Of a stretch of 64,000 nucleotides of DNA, positions 21,280-33,224 are shown piece by piece; position 1 is the stretch's first letter, and the number at the start of each line of letters is the position of its first letter. The DNA lies in NCBI GenBank assembly GCA_977862235.1, contig OZ374566.1:186001-250000 (forward strand), read 5' to 3'. A program made the position numbers and the translations under genes. Below the pieces are notes generated by a model, which saw only the letters and a program-made list of their open reading frames with translations, was not told the DNA's origin and did not search any database. The stretch comes from Dudresnaya verticillata. Taxonomy: Eukaryota.

Positions 21280-22872
21280 ATGGCTTCCCCAGCGGTCTCC
21301 GCAGAGTCCGCGGACTCCACGGATTGCGATCCATACGAGCCCAAAATCACGGGAGAGTCCGTCAAGGCTATCGCCCAGTCCTTGCGGCTTCCAATTGGCA
21401 TTGACGATGCCGCCGCGTCTACGATAGCCCTGGACGTTGAGTATCGCATACGCCTGGTCATTCAGTCGGCCGAGAAATTTATGAAACATGGAAAGCGCTG
21501 GACCTTGGAAGAACGGGACGTCGCTTCTGTCCAGCAAGAGCACAATGAAGACATGATTCACTTCTCTGGTCAGGCCCACCGGAAGCTACCGCCCAACATT
21601 TCGAATGATGTTGCTCTTGCTACTTTTCCGTGGCCTGCGAATCGTGACAGCAGAGATGACCCTCTTCGTGGCAGCAAGGCCGAAGTCAACTTTGTAGAAG
21701 TCGAAGCCACGCCCGGAGTATTCATCTACCAGGATGCTCAAGTGTCCGCATCTTCCTTGGTTACGGCGCAAATTCCGAGAATTCCTTTGATGCCAACGAT
21801 ATCAGCGCACTGGCTGGCAGTGAACGGCGTACAGCCGGCAATTGCACAGAATCCCATGAAGTACCATCTTCGGGAAGACCAGGGGGATGCTCGAAATCCG
21901 AAGAGAGTGAAATCCGCTTTCCCGGCTGCCGTAGCCGATATGCTCAAAGGGAGTCGCCTTTCTGTACAGCTACAACTTCTTCTCGGAGAGATACTACGAA
22001 TCATGCGCTCAGATGACAAGGAGGATCTGCTTCTATGTTTCCAAACAGTAGCAAGAGATCCTGGAATGGAGGTATTGCTCCCATATCTCTGCAAGTATCT
22101 CGCGCAAGAGTGCCGAACGTCTCTGCACAACCTACCCCTACTGGCCTCCTCCATGGGGCTTGTCCGAGCGTTGGTTGAGAACGATGACATCCAGCTCGGG
22201 GAGCACCTTCAATTTCTGCTGCCACTAGTTCTTACGTGCATCGTTGGGAGAAGGCTTTGCGCGAACCCTCGCGATAAGCATTGGGCACTGCGGGATTACT
22301 CCTGCAGCCTTGTCAGGAAGATTTGTTCCAAATATGGATCATCCTATCCTACTATTCAGATACGCATTGCCAAGACCTTCGCGGATGCCTGCACCGATAT
22401 TACACGCCCATTAACTACTCACTATGGTGCTATTGTCGGCATTGGATGTCTCGGGAGACATGTAGTTGACACCTGTCTAGTGCCCAAGCTGACAGGGTAC
22501 ATCAGCAAGGTCAAGAAGCTATTACTACGCCCGAATGCAAAAGAACTTCGAAGGTTGGAGGTCTGCAAAGTGCTCGGTGCTGTCGCCTGGGCTCTTTCTG
22601 TCCCTCGTTCATCCCATGACAGCAACGTTTCTACGAGGACCAAAGCTGGTTTGGAAGCACCGTCAAGTGACAACGAAGAAAGCTGGCAGGTTTCCACGGA
22701 TAGGTTTCTTCAAATAATTCCCGAGGCTGGCGGTTTGCTAGACGTTTTGAACAAAGAAATAGGCCTAGAAGCTTATCCGCTTTGTCCTAACATTTCTGAG
22801 GGCCAGCTTCTTAACGTAGTGTTTGGCAACCGAAAAGTGGGGCCCTCAAATGAAGGATCAAGAGCATCTTGA
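21280..22872 (+). CDS. TAF6: TFIID subunit 6
   Basis: Histone fold (ESVKAIAQS...DVEYRIRLVIQSAEKFMKHGKR), AHWLAVNGVQPAI..NP, HEAT domain (HWALRD, LTTHYGAIVG). An upstream in-frame ATG at 21061 is an alternative start. Confidence 0.92.
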   Translation: MASPAVSAESADSTDCDPYEPKITGESVKAIAQSLRLPIGIDDAAASTIALDVEYRIRLVIQSAEKFMKHGKRWTLEERDVASVQQEHNEDMIHFSGQAHRKLPPNISNDVALATFPWPANRDSRDDPLRGSKAEVNFVEVEATPGVFIYQDAQVSASSLVTAQIPRIPLMPTISAHWLAVNGVQPAIAQNPMKYHLREDQGDARNPKRVKSAFPAAVADMLKGSRLSVQLQLLLGEILRIMRSDDKEDLLLCFQTVARDPGMEVLLPYLCKYLAQECRTSLHNLPLLASSMGLVRALVENDDIQLGEHLQFLLPLVLTCIVGRRLCANPRDKHWALRDYSCSLVRKICSKYGSSYPTIQIRIAKTFADACTDITRPLTTHYGAIVGIGCLGRHVVDTCLVPKLTGYISKVKKLLLRPNAKELRRLEVCKVLGAVAWALSVPRSSHDSNVSTRTKAGLEAPSSDNEESWQVSTDRFLQIIPEAGGLLDVLNKEIGLEAYPLCPNISEGQLLNVVFGNRKVGPSNEGSRAS

Positions 22873-25138
22873 TGATCCCGCCAGCCTCAATGAATATATT
22901 GAACCGAGGTATTGAGGTTCTACTCAGAGAGATAAGCCAACGAGGTTTTTGTTCCCTCCATCGGTGATGCAGCCTTGGAAAGTGAAATACTCATCTGGTA
23001 TCGACAATTCCCTCAGAGGGATACAATATGCGATCAGTCGTAGGGTTTGGTCAGATAATATTGCAGCAGAGAGCCCTTGCATTTACAGTTTGTATACGGG
23101 GAAATGATTGGTTTCACAAAATGGCCGTAAACACGTTCTGGGCTGGTACTGATCGGTTACTGAGCGATTGACAGGAGTTTTCGGAAGCCATTGCGTATGA
23201 GTTCAATGAATAGAACTTCCGCGTATCTAAGAAACAGTTCTCTTACTGCAATACATTTTGAAGAATGACGTCGGCGAATTGCTGAACTTCAGCTTTTATT
23301 GGATGCGAGCCATGGCCGATGTCGTTCACAGCTTCTACTACCTTTCATTGCAATTTGAGTCTCCTCATACTGCTCAACTCATGCAAGAACAGAGAAGAGT
23401 TGGCCTTTGTCCGCGATAAAACACACAAAGCTATTTTGACACTATGAATGGGCTCGCGTCACTTTTAATCCCACATGGGGTTATTCGCAAGCCTCCGGTC
23501 GGGAGAAACGAGTACTAGTGGAACAAAGAGTGCGTTCGGACGGCGCTTGCCACACGAGAAGTGGTTTTCTTCCCCTCGTAGAGGCGGGGGCCACGGGGGT
23601 TTTCTCTAGTTGAGCAGTCGTGCCGAATGCGGTGATGGTCTTTGAGTGCCGCTTTGTTTACAAAGAAGCGATGTTGAATTCTTTGCTCATGCTGATGTGA
23701 CTGCCGTACTGATGGTGCATTCTCATGACCCATTGCTGAATTCACAGGTATGTCACAGCCACGCGTATGAAAAGCTGTTGTGGGCAAGTTTATTGCAGAT
23801 GTAGACCTATACACAGTAGAGTTACTTTGTCAACAGCGCCTGTGTGCACTCTCGTACCGCCCTTGAGCCCCATGGTGAGGTCCAATCTCCCTTATCAGAT
23901 CAGGATTGTAGCGGAGGCATTCCATGCAGGCCATTCCGATGGTTTATAGCGTGAGGGAAACTTCGGGACTATATCTGCACTGTTGTCGTTACAGCTTCGA
24001 AAACACTAATTAGGGAATCCTGCAGCTGTTCCAGTCTGGACCTGCAGGAGCGCCCAAGCTCTTTCATTCAACAAGGTATAGCTTTCGAAGTATGTGTCGA
24101 TCTCTTCCATTTTTGTACTATTGAGAAACGTGTACAGACAGATGTTGCTTACCTTCTTCGTCTCAATGCGAAGATGTATACTGTACATCAAATCTCCAGA
24201 AAGAGTCTTCCAAAAGCATCTGCAACCTGCAATGAATGAGCGGCGATTTTGGAACTGAGCAGGGCAGTTTTAATTTTGCACAACCTAATTCTTTTTACCT
24301 CCTTCGACTTGTTGAGACATTCATTGAGCCTTTGTGGTTTGCTAGACCAATATCTTCCTTTTTCGCTGAAGTGCTATGTGTCCCATCAATGATTCAAAAT
24401 GATACCTCCAGAGCATTGTTCTTTTTGTGCAGCTGGTTTCTTATCCTGTCGATGGTCCCCAAATATCGACTAGAAAATGATCCATGCAGTAACGATACAC
24501 ATCGCGTAATTACTACAGCACATAAGGTCTTTGAGTACCGTGCCAGGTGCTCGTTCTGCGCCCAACTTTTAGCAGAACTGCGAATGCAAATGCCGCATCT
24601 CCTTTAGTAAATCTCGAGACGCATACTAAATGCCCTTGATGCGATGTAGCGTTGAAGCTGTAGCTTCTGCTGATGGATGTGCAAGCTGCTTACCACTAGC
24701 GCGTACGGTCTTCTATAACTTCCGCTTCGCAAAGGCACTCAAAAGTGAAAGCCGGGCCCAATCAGAATACAACATGAATGATTCAACTACATTGCTAGTC
24801 AGTCAGCATCAGTTTAGTTCCTGTTGAGGTACACGCAATATTGTTCGACGTTTTCGTCAGGCTGCTGTCTCTATTTCCGAGGACGCTCGAGATTTCCCTC
24901 AGATTCCATGTCATGATGTGAGGCACGGAATCCTTTATTGCACTTGCAGCTATCCAATTTGTGTGACTCTCTTTCATGCGAGCAGTTTTTGGGCACTCGC
25001 GACAACAAGCTGGTGGAAGATTCATCACTATGTTTGTAGGTAAAAGGAACCATATCTGCTGCGAATCTATGTCTGCAAGTCTTCCAAACTCTTTGGTTGA
25101 CTGCAGATCACAAGAAGGCAGAATAAGGTCCCAACAAA

Positions 25139-25990
25139 ATGTCAGAGGAAACGCAGCAATCTCGAACACAACGAAGGCATCAAGCTCTTGGTAATTCTTC
25201 CACACGTGATGCGCGAAGTAGTGGAAACCCCCCGCGTAGGCCCCGTCGTCCTTTCAAAGAACATCTTTCTGGCGATCTTCAACTTAGGGCCGAACGGATC
25301 TGGCGTTACATTTCAAGTCTGAAAACAATGAAAGAGATGTCTTGGGATTCATGGTTCCGGTTTCTTCTAGCGCAGCAAAACCCTGAGGTCAACATATTTT
25401 ATTGGGAGCAGCATTTCTTGGCGTTACTGGATTGTATTCATATGGGCAATGTTTTGAAAATAGATCTCTCCTTGCTGCTGGAGAACAAAGAGGGTAAATC
25501 ATGTGTAATTACTGAAAGAGCTAAGAAGAAGTTCGGGGCTTTAGCTTTCCCGAAATTTGATGATCTAAGTCAGGGTGAGACCCAGCAAGAAATCTTCAGA
25601 GAAGACCGAGATCTTCGCGACACATTGAGCCATTTTCTGTTCCGAACCAGGACAGCCCTTGCTGAAAAAGATGAAATCCCCAGGCTATTGAACGACCTGC
25701 CACATGACCTTGTTGAGTTTCTTGTAATTGTCCTCCATAGGCTTTACGTTGCGACAGGGAAGGAACAAGAAAGGGTTGCGCAAAGTGCCAGATTGAACAA
25801 AGGAACTCATAGTCCAGCATTTCCGGCTTCAGAACACCACGAGTGTAGGAGTGACAAGTGTTCAAAATGCGGAAAAGCATTCCCAAATGCATAAGATGGG
25901 GTGGCTTCATCCATGAAGAGGTGCGATGGATGTATTGAAATGAATGACACCTCCGACTGTGTACGGAATGCGAAAAGAAACAATGGTATG
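25139..25990 (+). pseudogene. Paralogue of the 30389 MYND protein with a disrupted zinc finger
   Basis: Shares LS..LQLR.ERIW.Y, IF.WE, DC, L..DL with 30389..31186. CSKC is followed by TAA (25892), then KRCDGC in frame and frameshifted CTECEKKQW. Confidence 0.65.
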
Positions 25991-26526
25991 TTATCTACAT
26001 GAACCTTTCATAAGCATTCCCGACATTTTTCTACCGGGAGAGTCATGATAAGGGCGAGAGAAAAATTGTTTGGCTGCGGTTTCGCACGGTACACGTTGTT
26101 AGCACAGCGCTTAGTGTTGTTTTGTACTGTTCACCATTTACCGAGACTGAAATAAAACAAACCATATTGTGTTCAGAGCAACAGAATCAGGGCACAGGGA
26201 AGAGTCCTTTCAAGTCTGAGATGCAAACAGAGGTATCTAAGTAGAGAAGGTTGAAGTGCCTAATGGTTGCCAAAACTCACAGACTTCAATGATATTTTTA
26301 CTGAACAACATGGCACAGAGCACAAAAAGCCTTCTCAAGGAAGGCAAGCTCAACTGGACCTACAAACAGGCTACCTAGAACCATATAAACCAGAAACGAG
26401 AAAAGAAGATAAGAAACCCTCACCTATACAACCGCAAGCAAGAAGCCAGACACCACCCACCACCCTCCCCCTAAACGCATGAAGCACAGCCTCCCCAAAA
26501 CCGAAGCCCTTCGCCCCAATCCCCAT

Positions 26527-26904
26527 TCAGCTTTCGTCTTGCGTAGGCGGCGGAGTATATGTACCACCCTTTTCAGGATGGTAGTGGTATGTGGAACCAT
26601 CAGCGTTTCGGTAGTAGTACCCGCCATCTGTGCCATAGTTGTCATAACGGTATGCACCGTCGCCAAGATCTGTCCAGCGGTTGCCATTCGCGTTCCAGCC
26701 GGACCGGCGGGGGACGTTGGGTGGGTACGACGACTTGCGACGCTCGTGACGAGCAGGCTGGTCGGCAGCGCGGCGGGTTGCTCCGCGTCTGTACACACTC
26801 CCGTCCGAGAGCTCCTCGAAGTACGTCCCGTCCGTGGCGGCCGTGATACGGATCTCGGCCGCTACGCCGTCTCTGCAGGGGCGCGGCTCGATGGGCGGCG
26901 GCAT
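26527..26904 (-). CDS. Small Gly/Tyr/Asn-rich hypothetical protein
   Basis: ATG-initiated 125-aa ORF. The C-terminus SGWNANGN...YRYDN..DGGYYYRNADGSTYH...GGTYTPP resembles, from memory, a small uncharacterised protein family common in fungi. Confidence 0.5.
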   Translation of the reverse strand: MPPPIEPRPCRDGVAAEIRITAATDGTYFEELSDGSVYRRGATRRAADQPARHERRKSSYPPNVPRRSGWNANGNRWTDLGDGAYRYDNYGTDGGYYYRNADGSTYHYHPEKGGTYTPPPTQDES

Positions 26905-28199
26905 ATTGAATAGGGAACGTGGACGGATGTGGGCAGGATGGTCGAAGGACAGGTCAAGTGGTGCAGAGAATCAGATGTGAACGGGATGCCCTGTGCCCTT
27001 AGAGACGAGGCGGGGGGTTCAGGTTTCCAGTCGGAGGCTTTTGTACCCGGCGGCGAGAGCTTGGCAGAGCTCTCGTGCAACAGGACTCGTACTGATGAAG
27101 GGCTTGTACTCACCTTCATAAGGGGTGAGTAGGAGTGTGCTTGTTGGAAACAGGCAACGGTTCGTACCGAACGCGGTGTGCATTGGACACAAAAAAGGAG
27201 GAGGGGTGGGGGGATTACAGCCGTAGTTTGCGACATTATCTGAATTATCTGCGTCCGTGGTACCTGCAAGTTATTATTATTGGTGCGTCCGGGCAGATTG
27301 TTGGATGTCCTCAGGTCGACGGCAGCAATGACATCCAAATTATTACGGCTTTTATGACCAGCGTTTGGGTAGGAGTCGGCCCCACTCGCTGTGGCCAAAA
27401 GCTACACCCAATCACTGCTATCAACTTGGAACAAGAATGCAACAAGTTGAAGCTCAAGCTCAAGCTCAATTTCTGACCCTTGAGTTGAACACCATTTAAC
27501 TTGGTCCAGCTTATTAGCGAATCCAGCTGAATACAGCATGTGTCAATACATTAAGCTGCAGACGCCGGGAATCCTTGCTCGAGAAGCGTACATGCCCAGA
27601 TTTCTGCCTTTCGGGGCCACCTTTGGGGGGCATGAAGCTTCGAACAGCTCATGCGTGATCATCAGCTGCGTACCACATGCTTCCAGCTGTGCACCACTGA
27701 TGTAATTGTTGATGCGTGGTTGTCAACAACAACGCAGTCATGCGCCGGGTGCAATAAAAGTGGGGTGATTTGGTATTCACTGCATTTGCATGTTTATCAT
27801 ACCGCTTTCAGGTGCCTATCGACTCCCCTTTTCTGTTGACTTCTAAGGCCTCCTTCCTGTCCAATGAAACATCGAGTTATGTCACTCTCTGGCCCACTTA
27901 AAAGCAGGCATTCTCAGCTTTCAGGTGATTCCAGTTCTGTGTTGATTGGCCCAGAGAAGGGCTCAAAACGCCTCCTCAAGCTAGTGATTCGGTGCTTCCT
28001 GTCGCTGAACTTCAGGGACATTGTGCACAAATCATCCAGTGCTATAAGCAGTTCATTCCTGCCCAACCAACAGGAGAATCAATTGGGGACGGCTCACTTC
28101 GCGCTCCCCGCCCGTCCCCTGTTATTTCAATAGTTCCAAATTCGTGTGCATGCTGATTGAGGAGGCACAGCAGTGGTTACTGCTATTGACGCAATCGGT

Positions 28200-28768
28200 C
28201 TAGTGTCTATTCGACAAGTGGCCTCACCTGAGGTCAAATGACCTCATATGAGGCCACTTTTCGAACACTTCTGCAGCTTAAGAAAAGCACTAATTCCCCA
28301 ACTTTTTTGTGCTATGTCGTAGAGAATTGAGTAGTGTGTCATCGCGGACTTGAACGAACGGGCATCACTGACGCACTACGCAGCTAGAGTAAAACGTGTG
28401 GAATAAGAGCCTTTTAGAACCCCCTTTTTAACGATTTTTCAAGGAAGAAGCCTATGTATCTTTCTGCTGGTCTTCCTACCCTCTATCAGACGTGCAAGCA
28501 CTATAGCTTCCGAACAGAAATAAATTTTCTACTTATTGAACTGCCATGCACTAGTTAAAGAGGGTTGGCCTAGGTCGGATTACACTACTTCTGAGCCCAC
28601 TTTGCCGTACCTACATTCTCGTTCGTGTGTACTCCTTATTTGGCCCGACATTTTCGATGGCAGGCGAAGAAAAAAAAATGTTGTAAATTGGATTAATGCA
28701 TACGCCGGCCTCATTTGAGGCCAACTCTGGCCTCAGGTGAGGCAAAACGCCGGTCGAATAGACACTAG
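28200..28768. mobile_element. MITE / non-autonomous TIR element, 569 bp
   Basis: Perfect 16-bp inverted ends CTAGTGTCTATTCGAC (28200-28215) and GTCGAATAGACACTAG (28753-28768). Two GGCCTCA-NN-TGAGGCC-type palindromes inside each end; non-coding interior. Confidence 0.9.
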
Positions 28769-29168
28769 TGGCGCCTGACTAGTGTCAACTAACACCTAAT
28801 GTTCGCTTCGTTTTGCCTCTGTCAAAACTACGCAATGGCTACTGGCACTTTGCTGACAACCTTTAGCCGAACTACTCATGGCCACAATTTCCACATCGGT
28901 CAAGCACACATCTACGGGACAACTTGGTGCTGCGCTCGTGAAGGACAAAAGCTCAACACCGGTATACTACAAGTGTTTTTGGGTATTTTGATTCAGTTAA
29001 CCTTCTTACTGCAACATTCGAATGCTGTGAAACTCATAATATGCAGCTTCGCAACAGGCTCTGATCACAGAACCCCATAGACAGTTTTATGCCCGGAGTA
29101 GTGCACCGGCTCTCGTTGTCTGTCATTAACGCGGTTAGAAGGCTCGAAATAGAGCACTGGTCGCATCT

Positions 29169-29297
29169 CGACTATAACGATATAGTCTAGGGTTCTAAAA
29201 CTATATTAGTGTAAAGTCTCGGGCTCTAAAACTATATTACGTGTAATATAGTTTTAGAACCCTAGACTATATCGTTATAGTCGGTGTAATATTACAC
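29169..29297. repeat. Fold-back element: perfect 40-bp inverted repeat with internal sub-repeat
   Basis: 29169-29208 is the exact reverse complement of 29244-29283. The spacer carries another TCTAAAACTATATTA copy, and the palindrome GTGTAATATTACAC follows. Confidence 0.9.
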
Positions 29298-30388
29298 CCC
29301 CAAATGCTTTTGAAAGCTGTCATTGATGTCGTAACCACACCGAATAGGGCCTCGGATCAGTAGCATTACAATGACCTCTTTGCGTTGAATGCGATAACGC
29401 TTCAGAACGTAAAACGAGAACACTTTTCTATTGTAAGTTGGAACCATACAGTGGCTTGGTGACCGCAAAGTTCTCTGGTTTCGAATAGCTATAATTTTGC
29501 AACTTTTGACCGCGCACAAAGATAGAGAGTCCGCAGAGGACCTGTTATCGACGCAGAAAAGGAGTATCGAATAGGAAGCGATCTTTCTGGTATTTATGGA
29601 AGGTTCTTTATGGACAGAACATAGATAACAGGAAAATAGACTAACGTGCAGTTTTAAATGAAAAGCTTTGCGCTCATGGTCACAAGACAAACCAGTGGTT
29701 TCAGTCCCGCGGTTCCACTTTTTCTATGCACAGAGCGCACCGTGTAATTGCGATTTTACCAGCTGCTCGACAAATCAAAGCCTTTTCACGTGTTTGCATG
29801 GGAGGCACGGCGTAATCACTTGGGCTAAACCCATAGGCCGAACGAAAACATAAGAACTGAGCAAGAACTGCCTCGATGTGCGATATTGCCTTCAATTTTT
29901 CAGAGTGTCGATCTGCACGCGAGTGCTCAATAAGCAAACGTACTCTATTTTCGTGGAGGCCACCAGATGCGAGAGCCCCTCCAGCACCCTACCTGAAGTC
30001 GTTGGTTTTCTGTACGAGAGGTGTGGAACAGTTGTAGGCAACATATATCCAGAGTGAAAGGCCGTGACGCGCTCAGCCCGATCTCAGAAGCAGCTTCGTG
30101 GACAGCAGCAGCCAAATATTCGTACAATCAAGTGCGACTCGGGTGCATTGCACAATTGTACTGTCGCCAAACTTGCACCTAACTCGCAAAGTTAAGGTCA
30201 ATTTCCGAGAAGTCCTTCAAGGGGTGAAACGTACCATCACCAGAAGTCCGTTGAGAAGAACGAAACAAACAGACCTGAAGGGTTGTCCTTGCGAAATAAG
30301 AAAAAATACATTCTGGCATTCCATATGAAAAACTGTCTACACAATCTGAACGTTTGAAGCAATCAAGAAGTAAGCGACCACGAGAAAG

Positions 30389-31186
30389 ATGCCTAGGCGC
30401 CGAAAAAAATCTCAGCATCCAGAAAGGAGACGAAGTACTCCAGTACATCTGTTGGACCACGGGACTGTCGATGAGCTAACACATATCCCCAAGAAAAGGA
30501 ATCCTCACAGAAAGAAAGAGCTCTCAGAAAATCTTCAGTTGAGAGTAGAACGAATCTGGCCATATATGAAGGGTTGGAAGGAGTGGCAAGGAAAGTCCGT
30601 TGAGTCTTGGCTTACTAACTTAGAGAAAATTCACTGCCCTCGGGGTGAAATATTCTGGTGGGAAAAACAAGTGATGTTGAGCGTCGATTGCTTCCTTCTT
30701 GCAGAGTTCCTGAACCTAGACCTCACTGCGATCTTCGTCACAAAGAAAAGATCCCTACCAAGTGGTGAGGAACTTAGAGAGGGGGCTGCAGAGGTACCTT
30801 GTGTGACCCGCCAATTTCTAGACCGGGAAGATGTTGTGGCTAATTTCCATGCGGAAGATTCAGCTCTTCGTGAAGAGCTACACAAGGCCATATCAGACAT
30901 TAGGGTGAATGGTGAGAAGTTGAAAGGAAAACAATCAAGTCTCGCAGAGTTTTTTCAAATCGTTTTCGATAGGCTGGATGATGTGATCCACGAGGAGCTG
31001 AGAAACGTTCTTGGGAACTTACAAGCGAAAGTTGGGAGTGCCTTCGGAGCAAGATGCGCGAAGTGTAAGAAATTCTCAAACTCATTAAAGGTCTGCGCGA
31101 ATTGCGAATGTGCCCACTACTGTACGCGGAAATGCCAAGAGCAACATTGGAAAACCCATAGACAAGTGTGCAATCCACAGCAATAG
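30389..31186 (+). CDS. MYND-type zinc-finger protein
   Basis: C-terminal CAKC-x-CANC-x-YCTRKCQEQHWKTHRQVC; basic NLS-like N-terminus. Confidence 0.85.
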   Translation: MPRRRKKSQHPERRRSTPVHLLDHGTVDELTHIPKKRNPHRKKELSENLQLRVERIWPYMKGWKEWQGKSVESWLTNLEKIHCPRGEIFWWEKQVMLSVDCFLLAEFLNLDLTAIFVTKKRSLPSGEELREGAAEVPCVTRQFLDREDVVANFHAEDSALREELHKAISDIRVNGEKLKGKQSSLAEFFQIVFDRLDDVIHEELRNVLGNLQAKVGSAFGARCAKCKKFSNSLKVCANCECAHYCTRKCQEQHWKTHRQVCNPQQ

Positions 31187-32094
31187 AGAAATACTTTGCG
31201 CTGGTCATTGTCGCTGGTGAGGCCTTTCCTAAGTAAAATGAAAAGAGAGCAAGAAAGACGTACATTAGAGAAACAAGCCCATGCGCAACGCGCACTACGT
31301 GTAAATAGGCCGCTATGGTCTGCACCTGTGTGAGTTGCAGACAGTTTTTTCGCATGATAACACAACAGTATACACGCAAGGTCTTGAACCTAATGAGCCG
31401 AAAGCGCCCTAGGCGGACTAAACAGGGAAAAAGCAAGGGCCTATGTAAGGTCTAACTCCGGCAGTTATCCACATCCCATTGACCAGAAAAGTTGTAGTAG
31501 AGCAATCGACTGAGAGCGCTTGGTCCAAGCACGCTGGGTTTCATCGGCGAATCAATATCAGAGCTCTCGAGCAGAAGCCAACCAATTGTTGGCAGCCAAC
31601 ATACGTAGCTGATTCATCGTCATGCAGCCATCATGAATAATCAAGTTGGACATTACTCTTCCGGTTCCCATGCAGAGGATCGCACAACTGTTTTGGTTCG
31701 ATGTGCGGCTGTTCCAATGCAGATTTTCAGAACGAGTGTCTCATCACAATGGCTAGCCCCCACAGCCTTGCTTGACGCTAATCCGAAGAAGCATTCGACA
31801 TCAGTTTATTGTGCGACGAAGTATTCGCATGTGGCTTTCTGCAAACCCTTTTATTGTCATATGTCAGCAGTGTTGGCTTGAGAAACCTTGTCGCGGTTTT
31901 CTACTGTCCCGGAAGTCGGTACTAGATCTACTACAGTAGAATAGCTGCAGTTCAAGAACTAAAGACTCACATCAGCTAATCGCACTTCTTCACAATCGCG
32001 GCGGGGGTTGTAGCTCGAATGTCCACAATACGCATTGATTACTTCAGTACATTTCGTGTCCAGATCAATCGATGGAAAAGAAAAAGAAATGTGT

Positions 32095-32420
32095 TGTTGT
32101 ATTTTATTTGTTGTTTAGCGTGGTCCTGCGTGGGCGACTTTGGCCCATTTGCTGGCACACGTGCTTTTGGAGAGCAGGAAGTGGTACACTACTGGATGGG
32201 GTGGCTGTGGTCGGTGGGCAGGTCTTCTGGGAGGCAGGCGGTGAGGGGTAGTCTTCGGAGCATATACTACGGATGGCCCGCAGGGCGTCACAGACGCGGT
32301 GGGCGGCAGATGGATCGGGGTCTTGAAGTGACAGGAGTGACAGGGTCTTCGTGTGCGGTCGCATCGCGAGGCGGGCAGCTTGGCAGCTGGGTGGGATCGG
32401 GAAAGTCCCAAGATGCCAGC
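32095..32420 (-). mobile_element. 5'-truncated 3' end of a LINE (same family as 42502-44030)
   Basis: Encodes WHLGTFPIPPSC...AIRSIC and ends in the shared terminal motif ATGGGCC..GTCGCCC..GACCAC.CTAAACAAC.AATAAAA. Confidence 0.75.
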
Positions 32421-33224
32421 TCGTAATGTGCGTAAATGTAAATGTGCGTTCACAGATCAAACCAGGTATCTGCGCACATCTGGTCCAGAGCTTTCGCCGC
32501 GATCTCAGTTTTTCAGTTCGCGACGGTACTACGAAAGTGTGGCATTTTTCATCTACTCCAAGACGCCTTTTAATCTTAGTGTACGTCTGGAGCTGGAAGC
32601 TGCTTTTCCTTCTCTCGCAGTATTGTGATGCTGCGTGGGTGACAGATCTCTCACTCGGAGCGTTCACAGACGCGCAAGCAAAAACACAACATCCGTCCAT
32701 CCTGCAGTAAAGCGAAGATTCCCACCTCCCTCCATCGCGGTCGCTTGACGCTCGGAGCATCAGGTTATTGCCCGAACAGTTGGGCCGATGCAGCCATCGG
32801 CAGAAGTAGATCGCCACTCCGCTGGAACAAGCAGAGCTCAGAGCCGGACCAGATAACTCGGCGGTGATTGTATGGTGCTGTCTTGGGTACCCCCACGCCG
32901 GCGGATGCCGCTCGCAGAGTGTTGTTCCCTCTCTTCTCCCGCTCACCGCAGGCACAGTCCCTCTTGTGTCAATCCCGCAGGTGATCAGTGCGAGCAACGC
33001 GTAGCGGCGGACCGAAAGTCCATTATTGCGTAGAAATGCCCTACAGACGGCTTCCCCCACACTGTTGACGGCCATCAGCGAGGCTCTGGGCGTTACAATA
33101 GTGTTAATAGTTCGCAAATATCCTGGTCCTTTGCCCATGTTAAGGTGGATGTTCTTATAAGAACAACGGGAATCCACATGTACCTTTCATTGCCTCGCCT
33201 TTGTTTCAACAGACTTGTCGGCTT

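Noticed and set aside
32104..33177. 357-aa minus-strand ORF as a gene
   Set aside because: Chimeric: the 3' part is LINE tail and the rest has no recognisable motifs or ATG context
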